The notes: a model not told the origin generated them from the letters alone. A stretch of DNA of 58,824 nt, filler included, from Basidioascus undulatus (GCA_000826855.1; 5 parts of 5 records of this genome joined end to end with filler, not necessarily neighbours in it); one strand, 5' to 3'; positions 23,726 to 37,386 are shown, counted from the first letter of the whole stretch. Numbers and translations: made by a program.

Positions 23726-24700
23726 GCCGCCGCTGCCGTGAACATGACCTACGGCCTGGACCCGAAGGTGGGCAAGGCGATCCAGGACGCCGCGGACGAG
23801 GTGATCTCTGGCAAGCTGTCGAGCCACTTCCCGCTCGTCGTCTTCCAAACCGGCTCGGGCACGCAGACCAACATGAACGTCAACGAGGTCGTCTCCAACC
23901 GCGCCATCGAGCTCCTCGGCGGCGAGCTTGGCAGCAAGACGCCCGTCCACCCCAACGACCACGTGAACATGAGCCAGAGCTCGAACGACACGTTCGTCAC
24001 CTTCCCCGTTTTTCACTCCTTCCCTCTCCTCTCTTTCCACGCCTTGGTAATCTGACACCCGGACGTTTGCAGCTTCCCCACCGCCATGCACATCGCCGCC
24101 GTAACGGAAATCAACCGTCTCCTGCTCCCGAACCTGACGACGCTCCGGGACGCGCTCGCACAGAAGGCCGAGCAGTGGTCGAGCATCATCAAGATCGGGC
24201 GCACGCACCTACAGGACGCGACGCCGCTCACGCTCGGCCAGCAGTTCGGCGGCTACGCCCAGCAGCTCACGTACGGCATCGAGCGCGTCGAGGCGGCTCT
24301 GCCGAGGTTGAGCAACTTGGCGCAGGGGGGGACGGCGGTGGGCACTGTAAGTTGGCTCTTCCTTTTTCTTGCTTGAGCTGCGCCGCTTTCCTGGCGCAGG
24401 ACAGAGGAGAGAGGAGAGAGTGTGTGTGTGCTGAATGGGATGGGGTGCGCACAGGGCCTCAACACCCGCAAGGGCTTCGACGTCAAGGTCGCCGAGGAGG
24501 TGTCCAAGATCACGGGCCTGAAGTTCCAGACGGCGCCGAACAAGTTCGAAGCGCTCGCCGCGCACGACGCCATCGTCGAGGCCTCCGGGGCCCTCACCAC
24601 GCTCGCCGCCTCGCTCTTCAAGATCGCGCAGGACATCCGCTTCCTCGCGTCAGGCCCGCGCTGCGGACTCGGCGAGCTCGCCCTCCCCGAGAACGAGCCT

Positions 24701-24735
<35 letters not shown>

Positions 24736-25699
24736 GCAGTGCGAGGCTATGACGATGGTGTGCGCACAGGTCATGGGCAACAACACCGCGATTGCGTTTG
24801 CGGGGACGCAGGGTAACTTCGAGGTGAGTGGGCGGGGGCTTCTCTTCACCTCTTGAGGTGGACGATTGTTTTGGGGAATGGGAATGGGAATGCAAGGGGA
24901 GGGAAGATGGCTGATGAGTTCATGAGGGGGTGAACAGCTCAACGTCTTCAAGCCCGTCATGATCCGCAACCTCCTCTCCTCCATCCGTCTCCTCGGTGAC
25001 GGTGCGTTCTCCTTCCCCCTCCTCCCTCTCTCCACCTTTCCACCTTTCCTCCTCTCCTCCTCTGTTACTTCCTTCTCCTTCCGCCCTCTCCGCTCTCCAT
25101 CTCCTTCCCCCCATCCCCTTTCCGCCACCTCCTCCCTTCTCTCTTTTTCTTCCCCCTCCTCGCCCTCCTCGCCCATTTCCTTCCTTCCTCTTTCGGCCCT
25201 CCCTAGTGTTCTGGACGAACGACCTTATCTGACTCGCTATTGGATGGATCAACAGCTTGCAAGTCCTTCACCGAGCACTGCGTGGTCGGCATCGAGCCCA
25301 ACGAGAAGCGCATCGATGCGCTCCTCAACGAGTCGCTCATGCTCGCGACCTGCCTCAACTCGGAGCTCGGCTACGACAGTGCGTGCTGTTTCCTCACCTC
25401 ATCTCCCTATTTCCTTTCCTCCCCTGCCTCTCCCCTCTCTTTCCCTTCTCCGTCCCCCATCTTCCCCTCTCCCTTCTCTGCACATATCCTCTCCGCTGCA
25501 TGTATCGACAAGGATGAAGAGGAAGAAGAATGATGCTGATCCTGAATGTTGGGACACGATAGACGTCGCCAAGGCCGCGAAGAAGGCGCACCACGAGGGT
25601 ACGACCCTCAAGGAGGCCGTCCTCGGCCTCGGCCTCCTCACCTCCGAGCGCTTCGACGAGCTCGTCCGCCCCGAGCTCATGATCTCGCCCAAGGACTGA
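23726..25699 (+). CDS. FUM1: Class II fumarate hydratase (5' end lost at contig break)
   Basis: [60 protein letters not shown], signature [17 protein letters not shown]-terminal [11 protein letters not shown]. Confidence 0.98.
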
Positions 25700-26349
25700 G
25701 CGCTCGCGCGAAGCGTGAGGAGTGAGAAGAGGGCTGGGGGATTGTGCAGGGGGCGGGGGCAGGGGGATGAGTGTGAGAAGGAGAAGAAAGGGGGCAATAG
25801 ATGAGCAAGCAGCGCGTTGCGTGGATTGAAATGGCTTTGATGATGGACTGCCCGGTACGGGTGGGGATTGTGTGGGTATGATGAGTTGATCGAGGGAAGG
25901 CAGATGGGTGTTGAAAGAACTCGGTCATCTTGCAGCGACTCCCTCGTGCTTTCGCTCGGTGAAGAACCGGTTTAATTACAACTCAACCCGTGGTTCCGCT
26001 CGGTGAAGAAAGGTGTTCGTGCTCAGTGGCACGGACGGCGCTCAAGGCGTTGGCGACAGCCTGACCACACCAGCGACAGTGCGGTGCTGCCAGCCCTTCC
26101 TGCATGTCGTGCGCAGTATACGTGAGAATGCAGAGAAACGTTGCCCGCACAACCACTTTCGAGGCACCTGTTAGGTGGGAGTGCCAACATCTGAAGTGAA
26201 AAGGGCTTGTAGCAGAATGATCAGTGCACGGGATGCTGGGTCGATTCCAGCCAAGTCTGGCCTTTCCTTTTGGAAAGGGCCGATCCTTACAGCACCACAA
26301 CGACAGCGGCTTGAAGAGAACCTCGGTCAAGACTGAGCCTTGAAAGTGT

Positions 26350-27420
26350 CGCAGTCTCTGGCGCCAGCTTTTGCAGCTCCGCCTTGGTGCAATACAAGCC
26401 ACATCGAGTGTTTGTTTGGCCTTCACCATACAGTGCAAGCAGTTCATCTTTGAACACAAGAGGTTGCAGTGCAGCTGTGCCCACCACTTGCTCTACATGC
26501 AACATACTATTCCACAGCTGGATAACTATGGGAGACTGGATTAGGCATAATAATGGAAGAAAATATTAACCTCAGTATTCGCAGTGGCCACAATAGCTGC
26601 ACCCCGCCGTCATGCTGTGTAGTCGGGCTCCTCTTTGCTTCTCTGCACATACCTGAAATCATCAGCGTACACACTCCAGGTGGAGATCATTTGTCTTTGG
26701 AGCCCAGTATTGTTTCAAGCATCGTGTACAGCCCAGTACTTGGCCTCACTGCCAAGCACACACTTGAGCAGCTCCTGGTGGCCCTTGACCCACTCCACTC
26801 CCGCTACGGCAATGCACATGCAATCTCCTCTTTGCCCATGTTATACATGTCATCAATGCAAGTGAGGATGAGAAGACCTGGTGAACGGACCTGCAGGAGG
26901 TAGAAAATGTCTGAGAGTGTGGTAGGGCCCTTGACATAAGAGATCTTTGAACCATCGCGCAGGGTGTCTGGCGTTAAAGATGTGCCACAACTCAAACATC
27001 TTCTGCCACTGGTTTGCGATGTGTGGGTCAAGGAAGGCTGACAACTTTTTGGGAGACATAGGTGGGTTCAAGGCTTGATCCTGTTGTGCATGTAGTTGAG
27101 ATGCAAAATAGAGCCTCGTGTGGGTAGGCCATGGGGTAAGCATGACAGCCAATCCCTCCTGAGAAATGGAACTTACAGTCCCCTTTGCCTCGTTCTATTC
27201 ACCCACTCATGCCCTTGCACCAGCTCCCTTTGCTGTTCCATCAGAAAAGCGGCAGCCCAACCATAAGCATCTTCGAGTTTGCCATCACTGAGGGCTGCCA
27301 GATCAGTGTCAACACCCGCGTGCTTCTTCTTCGTACCTGTATCGATGCGTATCTTATCGCATGATTCGAGAGTGCGGGGATGTGTCGATGCATGTATGTA
27401 TGTTTGGCCCTTGGCCACAC
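26350..27420 (-). mobile_element. Decayed PIF/Harbinger (DDE_Tnp_4-like) transposase relic
   Basis: Colinear fragments across frames with stops: SQEGLAVMLTPWPTHTRL, LTPDTLRDGSKISYVKGPTTLSDIFY, DMYNMGKE, VYADDFRY, NCLHC/LYGEGQTNT. These resemble fungal Harbinger motifs recalled from memory (LTP..L..YA.AI..KGAP, YNGHK, YGDPAY, NCHTCLYGNQT). GC is lower than in flanking genes. Confidence 0.5.
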
Positions 27421-27812
27421 GGCTGTGTTGCTCGTCGACGGCCGGAGCTGTGCCGGAGCGGGCATCAAGAGAAGACGGGTGCGCGACAGCAAGCTTGGAT
27501 CGCTGAGGCGTTACGGCCGTACTGCCTTGCCTGCCCCTCTCGCACTTATACTTGCTCGTCTTTCTCCGCCTTGCTTTGGCCTTGAACCCTCAACACCGCA
27601 CGCACGAGCGAGCTCGGGTATCATATCTAATGCAGTCCCATACCCAACGGAAGAATACTAAGCACTGCAAGCCTCAGATGAGAAAACAAAACCAGCACGG
27701 CGAGGACATCGAAAGGTCCGCAAGGTGTATGAGAAATGCCAGCGCCAACAAATGAAACGAAGCAAGGATAAAGAACAAAGGTGAAGGTGGAGAAGGAAAG
27801 GCTGAAGACCGT

Positions 27813-30800
27813 TCAATTCCTCTTCCTCTTCTTGTCCCTCTTCTCGATCCGCTTCTTTGCGCGCAGCTCCTTCCGCAGCCGGGGGTCGACCATCTTGTAC
27901 CGCCCTGATCGCCACTCAATAGAGTCAGTACTTTTTAAAAGGGAAAAGAGATGGAATGAATAAGGAAAGGAGGACAACGAACCCTTGACGCCCTTCGGCC
28001 GCCCCTGCAAACCGCGGTTCGCGCCCTTGGCCACGACGACCTTGACTTCGCGCTTCTTGGCCTTGGCCGATGAGCCCTTGTTCAGGAGCTTGGTGATGTT
28101 CATCGCCTGCACGCACACCAATCGAAATTTGATCAGCATGCGAGGGAAAGGAAGAGGTGCGGGGAGGAGACGGACCTTCTCCCGCTCGGACAGGTCTTGC
28201 GTCTCCATAACCGCGTCGGCCTTCTTTTGCGCCTTGGCGAGGCGCTGCTGGGCCTTGTATCTGCAGGCACGCTCGAATGTCAGTCACTGTCTCCCAGACG
28301 TAGCTCCAAGAGGAAGGACCAACTTTGCGCGAGCCTACGATTACCACCGGCTGTCCGGTCAGCGACAGGTACGACGAACAAACACGGGAAAGGAAAGAAG
28401 ACGCACCTTGGCCTCCGCGATCTTCTTGATTGGCCTGGCATCGAGCGCGCGCTGCCGCGCCTTGAGCGCCTCGACGGCGGCCTTGGTGATGGGGATGTTT
28501 GACTTGTAGTGCTTGCCCTCGTCGTCGAGGAACCAGCTCGGCAGGCCGCCCTTGTCCGCGAACGCGGCTTTGTTGAAACCCTCGTCGATGAGGCGCGACT
28601 TGGTCGTCTGGTGGTTCACGAGCCGGTACGCGAGCGACATCGCTTCTTCGGTTATGAGGCCGACGTCTGCGTGCGGAAAGAGGGGTGAGTATATGGCGAA
28701 CGCGGGGGAGGGGGAGAGGGGAAGGAAGTGGAAGACTCACCCTCGATCCGCTTCTGACGCACAGCATCCTCGTTCTCGTCCTCGACATCCCACACCGTTC
28801 CGTCGTCCTCCTCCGGCGGGACGACCTCGAAGTCGTCGTCGGACGCCATCTCCTCGTCCTGTCTCGCGGACGGGCACACATGAGCATGCCGTTCACAAAC
28901 AGCGGACAACGTAGAGAAGAGAAAGAACGCACCTCGTCACCCTCGTCCTCGTCCTCATCCTCATCCTCGTCCGCAACATCCTCCTCCTCCTGCACCCCAA
29001 CCCGCGAATCAGCCAGCGCTCCTCGCGTCCCACTCAAACCACTCAAACCAAACTCACCTCATCCTCCTCCTCCTCATCGTCCAGCTCCTCCAGACCATCC
29101 ACGCTCTTGAACAGCGGGTTATCGAACCAAACCTGTGCAGCGCGGGTCGCGCGCTCGCCGCCGGCCGGTGCGCGGGGTGCAAGGTCGGTGAGGAGGTTTG
29201 CGCCCTTGTCTGCCTTGGCGCGTTTCCTCGGGCGCTCCTCTTCCTCCTGCTCCTCCTCTTCGTTGTCCCACTCCGACTCCGAGTCCTCGCCCAAGCGTGC
29301 CTTGCGGGCCTGCGCCTCCTCCCAGCCCTCGTCCGCGCTCTCCTCCTCCCCCTCCCCCTCCTCGGCGTCCGACCCGCCCTCCCCGTCCTCCCGGATCCCG
29401 CCCCACGCCTCCCGGTGCTCGTCCTTTCGCCGGAGCTCCTTGACCTTGAACTTCGCGTCGCGCTCGGACATGCGCGCGCGGTACTCGTCGTACATCCCGT
29501 CGAGCTGGTCCTCCAATCCCTCAACCCGCCGTTCCTCCTCCTCCTCCGAATCCACCACCTCATCCTGCACGGGCGCCCTCTCCTTCCCCACCGCCGCCTC
29601 CTCGTCGGACTCGTCGTCAGACTCGAGCCCGCGGTCCCGCAGCGACGCGCCGACGCCGCGCCCGCGCAGGTCGCGCTCCGCGTGCGTGGGGTCAAACACG
29701 TCCTCGCCGTAATCGATCTCGCCCCGGAGCGCGGCGTCATCCTGCTCCAGACCGATGTCGAGCGGCGCCGTCATCTTAAGCTGCATGCGCTGAATCGTCC
29801 GCGTCTTCTTTTCGTTTGCCTTGCGCCGCTCGCGCTTCGCCCGCGCGCTAGCTTCCGCTTTGAGGCGCTCGAGCTGCCACCCACGTGTGTGCGTCAGCGT
29901 GAGAGCGGGTGGGGATGGAGGGAGGGGAAGGAAACGCACATCCTCCTCCATCTGCTCGTCCTCGTCGACAGGGAGGACCTCCACGTCGTCCTCGACAGCG
30001 TCGTCGGTCGCCGTGACCTTGACGTCGAGGCCCAGCTGCACATCCCACAAATCAGTATTTCGGACAAGCAAGCCCAACAAGCGAACGCCGCACCTCCTCG
30101 CGGATCGCCAGACGCCACTTGATGAGGTTCTTAAAGTCGCGCTTGCCGAGGACCTTAAGGTCCGCGCAGCAGCTCTTGATCTCGGCGGTGGTCTCCTCGG
30201 ACTTGAAGATCCTATACAGCCTCAACCCTTATCAGCATCCCACAACGTTCCTGCATCACGTCGAAGAGACGTACTTCTTGTCCTCCTCGCCCTCAAACGA
30301 GATCCTGTTCACGCTGCCCAAGCAGAAGACAGGGTCGGCGTGCGCGATGAACTCGCTCACAGGCATGGCCTTGAAGAGCGTGTAGTCGCCCTCGGCGTAG
30401 CCGTCGCGCTGGCGGCGCGTCTTGTCCGGCTGGAAGACGTTCGCCTGCGTGTTGACGTTACCCGTGCCCTTGACGGCCGCGGAGGACGACGCGACGGGGA
30501 GGGCGGAGAGGTCCTTGAACACCTCCTTCGGGTCCAGGAAGCGCGGGTCGATCCGCGCGGGCGCGAGAAAGTCCTGGCAAACCACGAAGATCTCGGCAGA
30601 GACGTTACTGTGGGGTGGGAGGAAATGAAGATAAGTTGGGAGAAAGCGCGGAGAGGGAAGGTGAGGTGAGCGGAAGGACGCACCGAGACGACGGCGGCTT
30701 AGTGGCCTCGACCTTCTTGAAGAGCTGGTTGAAGACCCAGAGGAGGTTGTTGTAGTCCTTGGAGCGGAAGACCTTTGTGACGAACGTCCCGCCCTTCTCG

Positions 30801-31405
30801 AGGAACTCGACCGCGAGCTTGAGCGACATGAGCACGAGCTCGCTCTGCGCGTACGCGTCCTGCACCCACGCGGTACCAACGTTCGGTGCACCGTCGTGCA
30901 GCACCACGTCCGCCTTCCACGTCTTCAGCTCGCCCCGCAGCTGCTGCCTGCACAAAGGCGTCGTGATGTCCGTCGCGAAGGTCACCACGCGCGGGATCGG
31001 CTTGATGGGCACGAGGTCGACACCTGATCATCCCACACCGTCAGCGTTCTCTCCTTGACCCTCTGTCCTTGTCGCTTCCAATCTAACACGAAGAGGGAAG
31101 GGAGGAGGGACCCACCGATGATGACCGAGTTCGGGGGCATGAACTTGCTCGCGACCTGGAGCCAACCGCCGGGCGCGGCACAGAGGTCGATGCAGCATCG
31201 CGCGTTCTCGAGGAAATTGTACTTCTTGTTGAGCTGGACGAGCTTGAAGGCCGAACGCGCGCGGTAGCCCTGGTCCTTGGCGAGGTGGTAGTACTTGTCC
31301 AGACGTCCCTTGCCGGTCTGTGGGGGTAGGGAATTGGAGGTGGAGGACGGAGGGAGAAGGGAGGAGGGAGAGCGGTAAGCGTACCTTCTTTTGAGATTTA
31401 CCCAT
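27813..31405 (-). CDS. SPB1: 27S pre-rRNA 2'-O-ribose methyltransferase Spb1 (FtsJ3)
   Basis: [114 protein letters not shown]. Confidence 0.98.
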
Positions 31406-31811
31406 GGTGGCGGTTTAGGAGTGGGGGACAGGGGGTGGAGGGTGCGAGGGTGGGGAGAAAAGGGACGGTATGTGCGGTTTGGATGAGGGGGACGAGGTGG
31501 GAAGGTTGTGTGGGACGGTTGGAGCGGATTGTGTGAAGGGGAAGATGACATGCCATGCGGGTCGAGCAGGTTTGCTGGGGCTTGCCATCGCGAGTTCTGG
31601 ACAAAGACGTGGACTGCGAGAAGACGCTGAGCGCTGTCTGTGCGTGGACCGACGCGTCCTCACACACTGCATTATTTCGTTACCTTGAGCCCCAAGGCAG
31701 CTCATTGCTCGGCAGACCACACATTGAGACCACACGTCAGGACGAAAAAAGCAAGGTATGTGAAATGACAGAGAAGGCACACGAAGAAAGGAGAAAGCGG
31801 GAGCTGCCCGC

Positions 31812-34800
31812 TCACGGAATGTCGAGCACGGACTTCAGCTTCTTGACGAGAAGCCAATCTTCCTTCGCCACCTGATCACGGAACGACTCCTTCAGCACGT
31901 CGATGGACTGCCGCGAGATGTGTGACTGAAGGACGCAACGCGAACGAACGTCAGCTGAAACATCACCCTGCCAAGAAAAAAAAAAGAAAAAAAAGGCCCC
32001 AGGAAACGCACCAGCAGCTCGTCCTTCTCGTCGAAGTGGCGCCCGAAGGCACGCGGGTTCTGGTACGACGGGTTCTCGATCTTGACGGCAACACCCGCAC
32101 CCGTTTGCGACTTCTTTACGACCTCCATGGACTTGTGGTTGATCTCGAGAGACGTACTGTTCCATATGGCACACAACTAACATCAGCAATGCCCGTACAC
32201 GTCGAGGCGCAAAACGAGGGATAATGCCACGCACACTTTGCCGAGCGGGATGATCTCCTTCTTGCCGGTCGTTGGGTCAATCTTTGCGACACAGATTGGC
32301 GTGCCGACGCGCAGCGTCCCCTCGATGATGTCGCAGCCGACGATAATCGGGTCGCGACGGACGAAGGCCTGGAGGATCTTCAGGCGCACGGGCCAGACGG
32401 CGATGGGCGCAGCGTCCTTCCGCTTGGCCTCGAGGATGGAAGCGTTGTATGCGGTCTGGCAAAGCCGGAGGATCAATAAACACGCGATCTTAGGGAACGG
32501 CAGGCGTGAAAAGACGCACGAATTGGTCGAACTGTTACGAGGGGCAATCAAGTCGGAGCCGATGTTAGCGGACGTGAGCCAAAAGAGTAAACACAACGCA
32601 CCAGGTGGTAGATGATATCGGCTGTGGACGGGCAACGTGTCAGTGGGGTTCCTGATCGACGAGTACCAGATCGAACGCGCCAGTGAACAACTTGATACCC
32701 ATCTCCTCCGCAAGCTTCTCCGCCTCCTTGTCGACCGGTACGTCGAAGCAGAGGATGACGGCGAGCTCCTTGGCCTTCTCGATCATCGTCGCGGCGCGCA
32801 TGATGTCCTTCTTGTGTACGGGACCGATGTTGATGCCGGACACGGGGATCTTGGACGCCTTAAGGAAGTCGAGCAGGGCCTCGAGCGAACCGAGCGTCGA
32901 GGCCTGGACGCACACGCCGCGGCCGGACTTGTCGATCGAGCTCAGCAGCGTCTGGAGGTCGGACATGACCTCGTCCATGAGCTCCTCCTCGTCGTCGTCC
33001 TCGGTAACGACGAGCAGGCGCGAACCCGCAATCGCCTTCTCGAGGTCGGGCGCGACGATCTTGATACCGAGCGAGGCCTTGACCTCCTTGTGGTGGACGT
33101 AGGCACCCTGCGCATCACAAGCAATACAAAATGATCAGCATCAGCGTGCGCGATTACACAGCTGCGCAAAGCGCACCTTGATACGCATCTCCTTCATCGG
33201 CTGCGGTGTGAGCAATGCTCGAACCTGCGTGACAATCGGGCCATTGAGACCGCAGACGACGATGCGGTCGCCCTCGCGGAGGACACCGTTGGAGAGGACG
33301 ACGTCGATGGTGGTGCCGAGACCCTCGATGACCTTGACCTCGAGGACCGTGCACTGGAGCTCGGCGAGGTACATCAGCCGCTCGCTCATACGCTCCTGCG
33401 TCAGGTTGACGAGCAGCTGGAGCATGTCGGGCACGCCCTCGCCCGTGACGGCGGACGTCGGGACGAGCGAGACGTTGCGGCCGAAGTTCTTGTTGTCGTA
33501 GTAGAGCACGGCGTTCAAGCCCTGCTCGGCAAAGGCGAGGGTCGTCTTCTCGACGCGCGTCTCGAACTCGCGCTGGACGGCGCGCTTCTGCTTGGCGAGC
33601 GAGTCCTGGAACGCGCCGTTCGGCGTGGCTTCCCAGCCGTACATACGGTCGATCTACGCGAGCGGCACCGGCATCAGCGATCGTTCAACCACTCAGCGCG
33701 TCAGAAGCAACGAAGCGTACCTTGTTAAGCGCGACGATGAAGGGAGTCTTCTTGTCACGGAGAAGACGGAGCGACTCGAGCGTTTGCGGCTCGAGACCGT
33801 GCTGTGCGACGAAGACCTGTCAGCCGCATAGTTGACACTTCTGCGAAGCGACCGCAAACACACCATGATGTCGACGACGAGAACGGCAATGTTGCAAAGG
33901 GAAGAGCCACGCGTGCGGAGGTTGGTGAACGACTCGTGTCCGGGGGTATCGATGACGAGGAGACCAGGGAGCTTGTACTGTTGGGTGCCGTCCTGCGTGC
34001 GTCCAAAATAGAAACATGTTCAGCTCGCTGGGCGGCAAAAAGGGGAGAAGCGGCGCGCTTACCTTGTCGCAGACCTGCACCTTCTGCTTGATCGCCTCCA
34101 TTGGGAAGTATGTCGCGCCGATCTGCTGCGTGATACCGCCCGCCTCGCCCTCCTGGACGTTCGTTTGCCGAATCTATCGTTGCGCCCCACACCCATCGCG
34201 TCAGTACCCCGCCGTTGTGGAATCAATGAGCAGAACGCACCTTGTCCAGTAGCTTAGTCTTACCCGTGTCGACGTGCCCGAGAATACAGCAAATGGGGCT
34301 GCGCATGTCGTCCTTGCTGCGCGCAGCAAGCGCCTCCTCGTGGCGCTTCTGACGGCGCGCCGCAGCCTCTGCCTTGCGCTGGGCGGCCTGGCGCTGCGTG
34401 GCGGTCATGCCGTCGTCGTAAGACTCGTCCTCGGACGATGACTCCTCTTCGGACGAGTCCTCCTCCTCAGAAGATTCCTCCTCCGAGGAGGACTCCTCCT
34501 CGACAGCGGAGGCGGCCCTTGCGGGAGCGGCGGCTGCGGGAGCGGGCTTGGCCTTGTCGGCGGCGGCGGCCTTGCCGTTCCTCGCAGCGGGAGCAGGTGC
34601 AGCGCCGTTGGCTGGGGAAGAGAGGACAAAAGTCAGTGAAAGCTTTCCAGTTGACCAAACGAGGACAAGGACGTACCCTTCGCAGCCGGCTTTTGCTCCT
34701 TCTCCTCGTCCGAGCTGGCGTCCCACTCGTCCAGCTCCTCGTCCCCGGTCTTCGGTGCCTCCTTGGCCGCCGGCTTCTCCTCTTCGGCCTCCTCGTCCGT

Positions 34801-35298
34801 CGTCGCGTCCCAGTGGTCCTCCTTGTCCTCCTCCTCCTTCTTATCCTCGACGGGCGCAGGGGCGGGCTTCGGCTTCTCGGTGGCGGGCTTCGCAGGCGCG
34901 GGCTCGGCGGCCTTCTTCTGCGGCTGCTGCTTCTTCTTCTTGTTGTCGTAGATGGGGCGCTTCGGCGCGGCGCCGCCGGCTTGGAGACCCTCGACCTTCG
35001 CGCCGGAGGCGAGCAGCGCTTGGAGACGCGCCTCGGCAGCAGCCTTCTCCTTCTTCTGCTTGTCGGTCAAGAGGCGGCCCTCCTTCCGGGCCTGCTCGCG
35101 CTTGGCCTGATGGAAGCGAACGTATCGTTCAGTCGCCGGTCCTTCATCCTTCGAGAGTCAGAGAAGACCGAGAAGTAGGGAACGTACCTTCTCCTTCTCC
35201 TTCTTCCGCTGACGCTCCTCCTCCTTCTTCCGCTCAGCCTCCGCAGCAGCGCGCTCCTCCTCATCGCGCCTGCGCTGCTCCTCCTCCTCCGCCGCGCG
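31812..35298 (-). CDS. FUN12: Translation initiation factor eIF5B (5' end lost at contig break)
   Basis: [115 protein letters not shown]...DWLLVKKLK. Confidence 0.98.
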
Positions 35299-35398
35299 NN
35301 NNNNNNNNNNNNNNNNNNNNNNNNNNNNNNNNNNNNNNNNNNTTAATTAATTAANNNNNNNNNNNNNNNNNNNNNNNNNNNNNNNNNNNNNNNNNNNN
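35299..35398. other. Artificial contig linker
   Basis: N44-TTAATTAATTAA-N44. Confidence 0.99.
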
Positions 35399-35450
35399 GA
35401 GTGTGGAGCTAATAACTCCAAAGTCGCAGGTTCGACCCCTGCAGTGGCCA
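35399..35450 (+). tRNA. tRNA-Ile(AAT), 5' part cut off by the contig start
   Basis: Anticodon arm TGGAG-CT AAT AA-CTCCA; T arm GCAGG-TTCGACC-CCTGC; acceptor 3' strand AGTGGCC plus discriminator A; oligo-T Pol III terminator at 35455-35459. Confidence 0.9.
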
Positions 35451-35479
35451 TTTATTTTTGTTTCTTTTCTGTGGGGCGA

Positions 35480-36353
35480 CAGTCGAACGAGCGAGGCTCT
35501 CTCGCCTCACCCCGCTCGCCTACACCCGCGACTGGGCGGCCCTGAGTTCGCTTTGCTCGTCTCAAACTCCCTGCTTCCTGTCGTTCGCAAGGCGCTCCAC
35601 GCGTCTGTCGTCATCGCTACTGAACGCCAGTTGGACGCACTCTCGAACACGCTGGACGCGCTTGCGTCACACGTCAACTCCCTCGCACTTATGGATTTTG
35701 AAGAAGGTATCGCCAAGGGACCCCCCAGACGACTTCCCACCATCCTAAAAGGTGTGGGGGGTACGCTGAGGCGCCTTATATTGGCTCAAACCCTCGACTG
35801 GCCCGAGAGCCTGGAAGTCGAGCAGTGCATTCTGAACCTGAAGCTCCTGGAAGAGTTCGTGTGTCCTGTAACGATCGGAACGCTGCTCGATCCCAGTGAC
35901 AGTACCTTGTTGAAACATCTCGCCACGTATTGGCCCATTGGGTTCGGAAATGGTGCTATGGTGACGCCTTGTGTCTCCCTGCCATCACATCACATTCCCA
36001 GCCCTCACGGCCCTCGTCCCTCCGATGCTCATCATCCATTCCAAGATTGGGCGGAAGATGATACTATAATAGATTCCGCAGAATTCTTCAGGACCAGTCC
36101 CTCTCTGAAGCACTGCATTTTCCTACGCGACGAGCGATTCATGGGCACGACCACGGTCAGTCATGCCCGTGCGCGATCTGCCGGCTGCTGGTCGTTTGGT
36201 TGCACAGCTCAGGTGGTCTATGTTCCTATATACGACAACTACGAGAGGCCAATGATAAATCTGACTATTGATGGGACGCTCTGGGACCTACGCGCGGAGC
36301 CGTTGCGAACCGGCGATGCGCTGGATGCACGCAGGTTGTCGTCGTTTCTGTGA
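35480..36353 (+). CDS. Hypothetical protein, F-box/LRR-like fungal family; start uncertain
   Basis: Long open frame with FALLVSNSLLPVVRKALHASVVIATERQLDALSNTLDALASHVNSLAL and LRRLIL/LKLLEEF leucine periodicity; probable in-frame intron around 35961-36044. Confidence 0.45.
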
Positions 36354-37386
36354 TGCTGATGTAGTGCGAAGTGTACTCAAAATGTTCAGTGAGACAGTTT
36401 GTTGCTCATACTGCATGATTCATACTTCACACTCATTGTGTCACTCTAAAAGTGACATCTTAGAAGTATAAGCACCGGTCAGAGACTGCCAGCACATGTA
36501 GGCAGCCGCCAGCTGAGCAGTCTCGTTCAGCTTCATAGGGACTTCAGAGCACCATGACCTCGTTGCCAGATGTTTCTAATGCATAATTCAAGGAAAGTAT
36601 GAGTTTGGGTTTGGCGGTGAGCAGGCGAACGGTCGAAGGCCCTTGAAGACCTTTCATCCTCGTTCTTTGAAAACTATCGAACAGCACTCAGCCACTGAGC
36701 CAGGAGCAATTGTATCGTCGTGAAGAGGAAAGTAGAGACGATGAAGTGGCCCTTTTTATCAGGGCTTGAAGAACAACAATGTGGAGGAGTGTATCGGAAG
36801 TGGAGTGTTTGTGTGCAGGAGTGAAAGAACAACGTGGGTGAAAGGGCCATGTGAATGCAGGGAAGTGGACAACATAATCATAGGGAATAATCACGCAATC
36901 ACATGCAACGTCAATGTGAAAGGAGGGTAAAGGACGGAGGGCGAAGAGCGGAGAGCGGAGAGCGGAGACAAGGTAAAGTGTCAAACAGAGAGGAAAGACA
37001 AGAAACGGGAATGAAATGTACATATCGATAAAAACGGACGTCTGAGCGAGCGCAAAGAAGTTACATACAGCAGCTTTGTTTCTTCACTTCCTTTTATCCA
37101 CCAGCGAGAGCTCAGAAGAGTCGTGAATGGACGCCGCTGCGGTCAACACAGTGCGCCCTCGTTGAGCTTGCAAGTGTTGTGCCCTTTGATGTGGGCATGA
37201 TTGCGAGAAGTTAGTTTTGGTTTAAGCTGACGTTGCCATGAGGGCGCGAGGGTAGATGAGAAGTGCCACGAGACGACTGCATGGTGGCGTTGGAAGTTCC
37301 CTAGCAATCCACTGCAGCGACGACACTAAGTGGACACTTTGAGATCATGTCACATCCTCTTTCCCCGTCCCAAATATACCATATAT

